Source: Candidatus Saccharimonadota bacterium
Lineage (GTDB): Bacteria > Patescibacteriota > Saccharimonadia > Saccharimonadales > JACDBH01
Length of the DNA: 64,000 bases
Assembly: GCA_028289135.1 (NCBI GenBank)
Contig: JAQGGW010000001.1
Location: 12,018-76,017 of the forward strand
Direction: 5' to 3'
A program made the position numbers and the translations under genes. Positions 19,024 to 26,156 of the stretch are shown in pieces. How positions within the stretch are numbered: position 1 is the stretch's first letter; each line of letters begins with the position of its first letter. The notes beneath the pieces are model-generated. The model was not told where the DNA came from, ran no database searches, and saw only the letters and a list, made by a program, of their open reading frames with translations.

Positions 19024-19800
19024 TTAAGCAGCTGGGGCTAAGTTATGAAGCGAGCTCGCCCACTCAATGGGGTCTGGCTTGATTGAAACAAAAGGCCTAA
19101 CCTTGTCATTCGCGCTCATAATAACCATGTCCACTTCACGCAAATGCCGTCCGCCAGCCGCATCTTGATGAACTATCAAGTTATCGTGGTACTCCATAAG
19201 ATCAAAATAAAGCGGATCCTCTTTGTCACTTGCTAACTTCTCGGCCAATTCTTTGAATTCCCCAATTTGGTCTGCCATGTCACCGGCTCTATGGGCGTTA
19301 CCAACAATTTTTATATAAGGCTGACGCATAATTATTAAAGATGGTTCGGTCCTGCCTCTTAATCCACCCAGTTCGTATTCGGTATCAACAACAAACTCGC
19401 CCATTACGCCCTTGGCCTTGTCATATCTGCGTGTCAGCTCGTCTCTCCAGTAGCGAGGATCACCATTTACCTTTGTGGCATATTTGGTAACTTCAGTGGG
19501 GCTTCCACCTCTACCGTCCCTTGCTACAATAGCCTCCAGACCGGCACCAATAATACATCTATTGGCAATCTTACTCGCAGCGCCAAGCGCATGTTCGTAG
19601 CTTGCAGTCGCAGCAGGTCTCACCGCACCAACGCCCACGAGCTTAAGCCACTCAAGTTTATTTTGCCATGACGGCGTATCTTCTCTTCCGATAGCTTGTC
19701 TTTTTAGTGTAAGCAAACGCTCAGGCGAGACCTGTCTGGCTCCAGCTATTGGCCTAATTGCCCTGTGGGCAATAACTATGCCTCTGTCGATTTCAATCAT
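19024..19800 (-). CDS. hypothetical protein (258 aa)
   Basis: ORF track. No motif recognised. Lies between recO and glyQS. Confidence 0.5.
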   Translation of the reverse strand: MIEIDRGIVIAHRAIRPIAGARQVSPERLLTLKRQAIGREDTPSWQNKLEWLKLVGVGAVRPAATASYEHALGAASKIANRCIIGAGLEAIVARDGRGGSPTEVTKYATKVNGDPRYWRDELTRRYDKAKGVMGEFVVDTEYELGGLRGRTEPSLIIMRQPYIKIVGNAHRAGDMADQIGEFKELAEKLASDKEDPLYFDLMEYHDNLIVHQDAAGGRHLREVDMVIMSANDKVRPFVSIKPDPIEWASSLHNLAPAA

Positions 19801-19824
19801 TAGGCAAACTATACCATGTTTTAC

Positions 19825-20517
19825 TTAAAACGGAATAACATACTGCCGGGCCATGTTGCGCACAATTGGGGTAACGTCGGCCAGATATTCTTTCAGACCT
19901 TCCACTTGGCGCAGCATTGCTGGCGGATTATGGCTCAAAAGCCGCAGTAGCTTTATGTGGTTTTGGGTAAAGGGTCCGGTGGGGCTTTCAAAAAATCCCA
20001 TATCGTCGAGGCTGAATTGAAAGTGCCCATTTGGGGTCATTTCTGCGCCCTTTATATCATGGGTAAAGTTGGGTAAATGGCCGAGCAGTCGCATAAGCTG
20101 CAATAAATAAGATGCCTCTGCCAGGTCTTTGGGCATACTCAGGTCGTCCAGCGCCATCAAGCTTTGCACAAGCAAATCATAAAACTCTGGCCCGCCTTCG
20201 TCCTCCAAAACCCTGCTTAAAATCTTTAGCATGTCGTAGCCCAGCATTGTCCGGTCAATGTCTTTTACGATGTCGCCAAAATGCTTGTCCAATCTGGTGG
20301 AAACCAACGTTTTAAGCTCGCTTTTGCCTTCAATGTAGGTAATATCACTAATGCTAAACAGCTCGATTCCGCCGGCCAGCTTGCTCTTGGCTTTGCGCAC
20401 ACCCTTGGCCATGGCGCGCACTTTGCCTTGGTCGGGCGTTAAAAAAGTAATGATCCTATCGGCCTCGCCGTAGTCGGTCCTGGACAAAATTATCGCTTTA
20501 ACCGAGACTTGTTTCAT
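19825..20517 (-). CDS. recO: DNA repair protein RecO
   Basis: N-terminal OB-fold pattern AIILSRTDYGEADRIITFLTPDQGKVRAMAKGVRKAKSK. 230 aa. Confidence 0.85.
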   Translation of the reverse strand: MKQVSVKAIILSRTDYGEADRIITFLTPDQGKVRAMAKGVRKAKSKLAGGIELFSISDITYIEGKSELKTLVSTRLDKHFGDIVKDIDRTMLGYDMLKILSRVLEDEGGPEFYDLLVQSLMALDDLSMPKDLAEASYLLQLMRLLGHLPNFTHDIKGAEMTPNGHFQFSLDDMGFFESPTGPFTQNHIKLLRLLSHNPPAMLRQVEGLKEYLADVTPIVRNMARQYVIPF

Positions 20518-20906
20518 GCGGCTTTTTTAAGTTCTGGCTTTAAGCTTTTGCGCACCAAACGGGCAATTTGCGAAAGCGAAGCTTTCGGCTTGTATAAATA
20601 AGCACCAACGCCAAGCTCTGCCAACGTCGCGTCCGAAACGCCGGAGCTTGCCTGGGTTACACTGCTCAAAATAATAACCGGCAGTTTTAGCCAGTCTACA
20701 TAAGACCTAAATTCATACAAAAACTCCACGCCGCTGTGCCCCGCCAGCAAAAGCTCCAAAATCACGATGTCCGGCTTTAGCTCGTCCGCCGCGGCCACAC
20801 CGTCTTGGGCATTTTCGCACCAGGTTACTTCAAAGCCTTCCCGCTCTAAAAAGCGGCTATATTGCTCCGCCAAGATACGGTTTGGTTCAAGCAGCAAAAT
20901 TTTCAT
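20514..20906 (-). CDS. receiver-domain protein with non-canonical acidic pocket
   Basis: CheY-like fold (ILSS, YLYKP present). Phospho-acceptor position reads DIVILE (Glu for Asp). N-terminal DD position reads EPN. Confidence 0.7.
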   Translation of the reverse strand: MKILLLEPNRILAEQYSRFLEREGFEVTWCENAQDGVAAADELKPDIVILELLLAGHSGVEFLYEFRSYVDWLKLPVIILSSVTQASSGVSDATLAELGVGAYLYKPKASLSQIARLVRKSLKPELKKAA

Positions 20907-21616
20907 ACAAGATTTAGCTGCAAACTAGGTTGCAAATGCGCTGCAAGTCCGAAAAGGTTTTCGAACCGCGCCACCCGCACCGAAGTATCAAAAAAATCAA
21001 ATAAAGCATCGGCTACAAATACACCCGCGCCGCTTCCGGCGCTAAAGTCCCCAAGCGGCTGGCGCGCAACGCCTTTTAATACCCTAGCCTGCTTTAGAAG
21101 CCCGCTATTCAGCTTACTAACATCACTATAAATACCCGTGCTCATGCCGTGCTTAGTACGGCGTACGGCCAAAGTAATCTTCGTCTTGGTGTCAGGCTTG
21201 CTGGCCGCGTCTATAAAACTGTACCCCAAAGATTCAAGCGCCGACTGCACTACATCCCGCCGTGCCATCACAGGGCCAAACTTGCCCATTAGCCGCAGTT
21301 CGATCTCGCAGTCATGCGCCTTGGCATAAGATTCCAAAGATTCTGCCGTGTCATACAAAACTGAGCTAAGAGATACTGGCTCCAAATCCAGGCGCGACTC
21401 TGTCTGGAGCCGCACGCTCAGCAAATAACTATCAATCAGCTTTAAAGCCGAAGAGCTGGTGAGCGCGATAGTCTGCAGCAAGCGCTCCAATTCATCCTTG
21501 TTGGGGTGGGCACGCAAAAGTTCTGCTGCGTGTTTAACGGTTATAAATGGCAGCTTTACCTGCTCGGCTAACGTCGTAAATAATAGCCCCTGAGACTGCG
21601 CGGAATTATCGCTCAT
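20903..21616 (-). CDS. histidine-kinase-like protein, degenerate (no clear H-box His or N-box Asn)
   Basis: HisKA-like helices (LAEQVKLPFITVKHAAELL) and a G-box-like GSGAGVFVADALF. No HELRTP-type motif. 4-nt overlap with the receiver gene. Confidence 0.45.
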   Translation of the reverse strand: MSDNSAQSQGLLFTTLAEQVKLPFITVKHAAELLRAHPNKDELERLLQTIALTSSSALKLIDSYLLSVRLQTESRLDLEPVSLSSVLYDTAESLESYAKAHDCEIELRLMGKFGPVMARRDVVQSALESLGYSFIDAASKPDTKTKITLAVRRTKHGMSTGIYSDVSKLNSGLLKQARVLKGVARQPLGDFSAGSGAGVFVADALFDFFDTSVRVARFENLFGLAAHLQPSLQLNLV

Positions 21617-21680
21617 AAATGTTTACCCTCACTCTGAATAAGCAAAGTCTATTATATCACGCTTAGCATACCCAAATAGA

Positions 21681-22340
21681 CTACGGCGAAAAGGTTATGC
21701 TTGGGAGCACTGTATTCAGGAAGTCGCTGGTATAATTGCTGCCTTCGGTCCAGATAATAATCGTCTTGTCGCGGATTGGCAGAAGCACCAAAGTACCAGG
21801 AGTCGTGCCGTGGATCTGGCCAGTAATTATTGAACCTAGCACACTTGGGACCTTTGGAGCGCGGTAAGCCGTTACAGTTGAAGTGCCAGCCTTTGCTACC
21901 GCGTCATATGCCTTTAACAGCGTCGGATAGGCGGTACCTGAGATCTGCACCCGCAGCGCAAACTGGGCAGTCGAAGAAAGATCAGGAATAAAATCCGGGT
22001 TATAGTAATTATTTACAATCAGGTTAAGGTTGCTTGTGCCAATATATGAGTTCCAGGTTTTTGGAAAGCTATAGGTCAAAGACCCGTAGGTATCTGGGCC
22101 CGTAAAGCTTTTTGTAGGGAACTTTTCAGTTTCCCTAAAAGCCGCATCCTTTTTGATATCCTCAGCAGCCACGGCTTTCTTGGCAGCAACTTCGGCTTTC
22201 GCGTCGCTGTTGTTCTTATAATCCTGGCGGCTCATAAAAGCCCAGGTTCCAAAACCTGCCGCAACCAAAAAGAACAAAGATAAGATGACCAGCGGCAGCA
22301 GCAAAGACCCTGTTTGATTAAGCTTACGCATATTAGTCAT
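21681..22340 (-). CDS. membrane-anchored extracytoplasmic protein (219 aa), unknown function
   Basis: N-terminal TM span LLLPLVILSLFFLVAAGFGTWAF. The rest is hydrophilic. Confidence 0.6.
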   Translation of the reverse strand: MTNMRKLNQTGSLLLPLVILSLFFLVAAGFGTWAFMSRQDYKNNSDAKAEVAAKKAVAAEDIKKDAAFRETEKFPTKSFTGPDTYGSLTYSFPKTWNSYIGTSNLNLIVNNYYNPDFIPDLSSTAQFALRVQISGTAYPTLLKAYDAVAKAGTSTVTAYRAPKVPSVLGSIITGQIHGTTPGTLVLLPIRDKTIIIWTEGSNYTSDFLNTVLPSITFSP

Positions 22341-22393
22341 ATAGTAGCATAAGCCCCTTGCTCCAGTGAAGCCCTTCCAATCGTATCACTGCT

Positions 22394-22535
22394 AAGTCTT
22401 TGCTCCCGTCGTCCCACTCCTTGGAAGTTTAGGCACATTGATTTAGACCGCTCAGAGACAGTTTTACGCTATTAAATCAACGTGCCTAAACTTCCCGTAA
22501 CATTAACCATGTAGCTGAAAGTCTCGTGAAGCCCC
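22394..22535. ncRNA. long-hairpin element H1, copy 2 of 2
   Basis: Arms 22423-22445 and 22473-22495 pair at 22 of 23 positions. The single A.C becomes G.U on the minus strand. The 27-nt loop is conserved with copy 1. ORF-free region. Confidence 0.5.
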
Positions 22536-22562
22536 CGGATGGGGCTTCACCTTTGGTTTGGA
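22526..22562. other. GC-rich hairpin GTGAAGCCCC/GGGGCTTCAC followed by CTTTGGTTTGG
   Basis: 10-bp perfect stem (22526-22535 / 22541-22550) with a 5-nt loop. The U-rich trailer is on the plus strand only. A third GTGAAGCCC copy lies at 22366-22374. Confidence 0.4.
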
Positions 22563-22570
22563 GTTCTTTG

Positions 22571-22815
22571 TGAGAAATAGGTAGCGAATAAGTGACTAGC
22601 GGCCGGAGCCAAAGACCTTAGGGGATGGCAGGCATCGCCCGCAGCCACGGCTAAGACTCGCCAAAGCTACAACAAAATCCAGCCGAGGACTGTTTGACGG
22701 AGCGTTTAGCTCCTAGTTCCGCAGGCTTGTTGTAGGCTTTGGCTGGAGGCTTACCGAGATGTGGGTGGCCTGACGGCGGCTAAGGTCTTTAGCTGAGAAA
22801 GGACGGCTACTTTCC
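22571..22815 (-). ncRNA. rod-shaped structured element R, copy A (homolog of 40244-40490, inverted)
   Basis: Closing helix 22607-22620 / 22781-22794. Apical core 22678-22697 and 22715-22733 is identical to copy B. The 17-nt terminal hairpin covaries. No ORF >=60 aa. Strand is tentative. Confidence 0.55.
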
Positions 22816-23304
22816 TAACGGGTATTTATAAAGCATCAAACCGCCCTTTTTGGCAGCGGGTTTGCGGCCGGGGATTTTAAAGGCGTAGCTCACTAGCTTA
22901 ACTGGGTTAGATAAATCTTTCGTAATTTTTTTATCGAGTCTCGGCATAAATTTGTCTAACAAAAACACATAAATCCCGTCACACTCAGGCAAAGTTACCT
23001 GCCAATAATTGCGGCATTTAAATGTTACCAGCTTGCGGTAGCGCCAGCAGCTAATCTGGCTGTACCAGACCAAAAGCGGGTTCAGCTCGTAACCAATCCC
23101 GCTTATTCCCTGCTTGGCAGCACGCTTTAAAACCCGTCCGTCGCCGCTGCCCAGCTCCAGCAAAATCTGCCCCGGTTTTAGATCCAACAGGTCCAGTGCG
23201 TTTTGTGCCTGCGGCTTAAGTGTTGGCAAATAAGGTGCCCCAAACAAGATAACAAATGAAAAGACGAGGATTAAAAAAACGGCGAAAAGTATAGCAATAT
23301 TCAT
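22807..23304 (-). CDS. class I SAM-dependent methyltransferase with N-terminal TM span
   Basis: SAM motif I LLELGSGDGRVL. 165 aa. Confidence 0.75.
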   Translation of the reverse strand: MNIAILFAVFLILVFSFVILFGAPYLPTLKPQAQNALDLLDLKPGQILLELGSGDGRVLKRAAKQGISGIGYELNPLLVWYSQISCWRYRKLVTFKCRNYWQVTLPECDGIYVFLLDKFMPRLDKKITKDLSNPVKLVSYAFKIPGRKPAAKKGGLMLYKYPLGK

Positions 23305-23356
23305 AAGGTAATTAAGTACTTACAGTATATAGGTAAACCATAAAGATAAAAAAGTG

Positions 23357-23392
23357 TTGACCTAGTATACCTTCGGTAGTATACTGTCGGTA
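23357..23392 (+). promoter_or_regulatory. sigma70-like promoter with embedded direct repeat TAGTATAC (possible PadR operator)
   Basis: TTGACC at 23357-23362, 16-nt spacer, TATACT at 23379-23384. TAGTATAC at 23363-23370 and 23377-23384. SD AAGGAG lies before GTG 23421. Confidence 0.5.
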
Positions 23393-23420
23393 TATTAATA
23401 CTTTTTAAGGAGTAAATGTC

Positions 23421-24329
23421 GTGGAAGAAACTAAAAAATTAAGTCGTTTTCGCAAATCAAAACTGCTTGCAAAAGGTGCGTGGCGCTCACTGATGCTCGA
23501 CAAAGAGCTGCTTACCCTGCCCTTGATTGGTTTTGGCGCTTCAATGCTAGCCATTATTCCAGCTGTTCTGCTATTTGTATTTAACCCGAGCCATCTTTTG
23601 TTTAGCCCACTCCAAGGCAATGGCTGGCAGCTTAACCCTGTTGGTTATGTAGTCGCAATTGTGGCACTCCTGTCACAGGCTATCATTTCAGCAGTAGTTG
23701 CGGGCGCCGTAACCCACGGAGCCATGGAACGCTTCAAAGGCAACGATCCAACCGTTAAAAGCAGCATCCAAGCGGCATTTAAGCGCATTGGCTCACTAAC
23801 AGTCTTTACCATCTTTAGCTTTACGATTGGTTTTCTTATTTCCGAAATCGCCAACCGGATTCCATTCTTAGGCGGCAAAATTGTTCTGTGGCTGGCTGGC
23901 AGCGCCTGGAACATTGCTTCGTTCTTTGCAATCCCGGTCATAGTCACCAGCGATACCGCGCTTGGTCCAATCCGTGCTACCAAAAAGAGTACAGCCGTAA
24001 TCAAGCAAGCCTGGGGCGAGAGCCTTGTGCTGGGCGTAGGTATTGGCCTGATTGCAGTATTTAGCTTCCTTGGCTACATCATGGTCGCTGGCCTTTTGGT
24101 TGGTCTAAGTGCCGGTATTACCGGTTCAGGAATCGTCGCGGGCATTGTCGGCGGCATCGCATTCTTAGGTTTAATGGCTGGCGTCGTCTTAGTGTCCGTG
24201 CTGCAAACATACGTCAAAGCATCGGTGTACTACTACGCCACAACCGGCATTTCTCCGATCGCCTTCGACAGCCAGTTGCTGCGCCAAGCTTTCACCGCCA
24301 AAAAGGCCCGCAAACTGTTTGCACGCTAA
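23421..24329 (+). CDS. polytopic membrane protein, co-operonic with PadR regulator
   Basis: Several hydrophobic spans. GTG start with SD AAGGAG. 302 aa. Confidence 0.6.
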   Translation: MEETKKLSRFRKSKLLAKGAWRSLMLDKELLTLPLIGFGASMLAIIPAVLLFVFNPSHLLFSPLQGNGWQLNPVGYVVAIVALLSQAIISAVVAGAVTHGAMERFKGNDPTVKSSIQAAFKRIGSLTVFTIFSFTIGFLISEIANRIPFLGGKIVLWLAGSAWNIASFFAIPVIVTSDTALGPIRATKKSTAVIKQAWGESLVLGVGIGLIAVFSFLGYIMVAGLLVGLSAGITGSGIVAGIVGGIAFLGLMAGVVLVSVLQTYVKASVYYYATTGISPIAFDSQLLRQAFTAKKARKLFAR

Positions 24330-24335
24330 AGAGGT

Positions 24336-24707
24336 TTGATAATGCTAGATAGCTACGAACAAAAATTACTCGACGGTTGGGAAGATGTCTACAAAAAAGG
24401 CCAGCTCAAGCTTTGGATCTTGCTTGCTCTTAAAGATGGCCCAAAATATATGCCGGCAATCAAAGAATTTATTGCAGAGAGCACCAACGGCATCCTGGAA
24501 GCAGATGACAAAAGCATGTACCGTGCCTTACGCCAATACGATCACGCTGAAATTGTCACTTTCCAGCTTGACGCCAACGACCAAGGCCCCGACCGCAAAC
24601 GCTACGCCCTGACTGAAACCGGCCGCAAGGTTTTAGACGCATTCATCGAACGAAACATCACCGGCATATTTTTTACAGAGCAAACCAAAAAGCTTCTTGG
24701 CTGTTAA
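24336..24707 (+). CDS. PadR family transcriptional regulator
   Basis: Winged-HTH pattern LWILLALKDGPKYMPAIKEFI...DKSMYRALRQ. The true start may be ATG 24342. Confidence 0.8.
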   Translation: MIMLDSYEQKLLDGWEDVYKKGQLKLWILLALKDGPKYMPAIKEFIAESTNGILEADDKSMYRALRQYDHAEIVTFQLDANDQGPDRKRYALTETGRKVLDAFIERNITGIFFTEQTKKLLGC

Positions 24708-24712
24708 AAGCT

Positions 24713-24910
24713 TTAGTCAAACTTGGCCTTTAGTTTTGTAATCTTGTTTTCGGCTTCGTTAAGCGTGGCTTCAAGCAGCTTTACCAGCTCCATACCGCGC
24801 TCGTAGGCCTTTAGCGCATCGTCCACGCTAATGTCGTCTTGCTGCAAGCTGTCCAGCAGTTCATCAAGCTCAAGTTTTAGTTCGGCGTAGTTGGGTTTTT
24901 TATCCGGCAT
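24713..24910 (-). CDS. xseB: exodeoxyribonuclease VII small subunit
   Basis: 65-aa helical protein (ELDELLDSLQQDDISVDDALKAYERG) immediately downstream of xseA. Confidence 0.85.
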   Translation of the reverse strand: MPDKKPNYAELKLELDELLDSLQQDDISVDDALKAYERGMELVKLLEATLNEAENKITKLKAKFD

Positions 24911-24914
24911 AGTT

Positions 24915-26021
24915 TTATTGTACCTCGGCTTTAATATTTCCGTCAGATAGTAAAATGTCTAAACTTTGTCCCGGCTTAAGCTGTGACGACTTCCGGATGA
25001 CTGTTTTGCCCTGCCGTACCACCGCGTAACCGCGTTTTAATATGTTCCTGGGGTTCAGCAGTTCTAAGAGTTTTGAGGCATGCTCTAAAGCCTCGTGTTT
25101 ATGGTTAATAAGCTGGATAACAGATTGTTTTAAAATGTCCGACTGCACTGCCAAGTCTTTTTTGCCGGCCTGGACAGAAGCACTAAGCAGCCGGCCCATT
25201 TCACCGCGCGCGGCAGATAACTCGCGCAAAAGCTGGCTACGATCAGGCACCAAAAGTTCGGCCGCATTGCTTGGTGTGCTAGCCCGCAAATCTGCCGCCA
25301 GTTCCGCCAAAGAAGTATCAATTTCGTGCCCAATCGCCACCAAGGTTGGAATCCGGCTGGCCGCTACTGCCCGGGTTACTGCTTCTGTATTAAAAACCTG
25401 CAGATCGTCAGCACTGCCGCCGCCACGGATCAGCACCAGAACCTCTGGCGGCTCGCCCAGCGCGTTAAAATGCTCAATTGCCCGGACTATCTGCCCCACG
25501 GCCGGCTCGCCCTGCACCTGCACGTCCGCGTGCTCAATGTGGAGGCCTCGGAACCGCGCGTTGATAATCTTTACAAAGTCGGCATAAGCCGCCGATTCAC
25601 CGGACGTAATCAGTCCAATCCGCTGCGGCGGATATGGCAGTGCTCGTTTGCGCTCCGCGTTAAAAAGACCTTCCAGCGTAAGTTTTTGCAGCAGCAGCTC
25701 AAAAGCTTTTTTAATCGTCCCCTCACCCGCCAAAGAAATCGCTTGCACCGTCACCGAAAATCCATACAGGTTATGCAACCGCGGCGTCCCGGTGACCCGC
25801 AGTGTCATCCCCTCCTCGAGCGGCCCCGGCAAATTATAAACAGTGCCAAAAAACTTAACGCTGGAATTTTCGTCTTTTAGATCAAAATAGACCCAGCGGT
25901 TTTTGCTTATTCTAAAATTAGCCAGCTCGCCTTCGATAATCACATTTGGAAACGCGTATTCAAGCGTCTGGTTTAACAGCCCGACAAAATCAGACGGTGT
26001 AAGCGCATCAGAAAAAGGCAT
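24915..26021 (-). CDS. xseA: exodeoxyribonuclease VII large subunit
   Basis: N-terminal OB-fold (VIIEGELANFRISKNRWVYFDLKD) and catalytic core (LIRGGGSADDL). Confidence 0.9.
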   Translation of the reverse strand: MPFSDALTPSDFVGLLNQTLEYAFPNVIIEGELANFRISKNRWVYFDLKDENSSVKFFGTVYNLPGPLEEGMTLRVTGTPRLHNLYGFSVTVQAISLAGEGTIKKAFELLLQKLTLEGLFNAERKRALPYPPQRIGLITSGESAAYADFVKIINARFRGLHIEHADVQVQGEPAVGQIVRAIEHFNALGEPPEVLVLIRGGGSADDLQVFNTEAVTRAVAASRIPTLVAIGHEIDTSLAELAADLRASTPSNAAELLVPDRSQLLRELSAARGEMGRLLSASVQAGKKDLAVQSDILKQSVIQLINHKHEALEHASKLLELLNPRNILKRGYAVVRQGKTVIRKSSQLKPGQSLDILLSDGNIKAEVQ

Positions 26022-26051
26022 TTTTACCGCCTATCCTCGCCCTTAAAGGCT

Positions 26052-26114
26052 AAAATTCCTGAAAAATATATAAGCTTATATCTAGATAGGCTTAGTATAT
26101 TTTTCAGGAATTTT
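26052..26114. terminator. AT-rich perfect 19-bp inverted repeat, probable bidirectional terminator
   Basis: AAAATTCCTGAAAAATATA at 26052-26070 and its exact complement at 26096-26114. The 25-nt spacer is itself near-palindromic. T-runs flank it on both strands. Confidence 0.55.
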
Positions 26115-26156
26115 ATCTCTTTAATCATCGTGGATATTCTGCAAAGATGCCATTTT

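Noticed and set aside
309-22535. The 22-kb segment between the two direct H1 copies as an integrated island bounded by att-like repeats.
   Set aside because: The interval contains core genes (glyQS, recO, rnhA) and no integrase or recombinase. The repeats are structured elements rather than tRNA-derived att sites.
22341-22815. The large ORF-free structured region as RNase P RNA, tmRNA, SRP RNA or 6S RNA.
   Set aside because: I could not find GGAAAGUCCGGGC / ACAGAAxCCGGCUUA (RNase P). Nor could I find a tRNA-like 3' end with a tag ORF (tmRNA), or the GGAA-tetraloop domain IV motif (SRP). Two inverted copies 18 kb apart also argue against these single-copy genes. A 6S-like role cannot be excluded without a covariance-model search.
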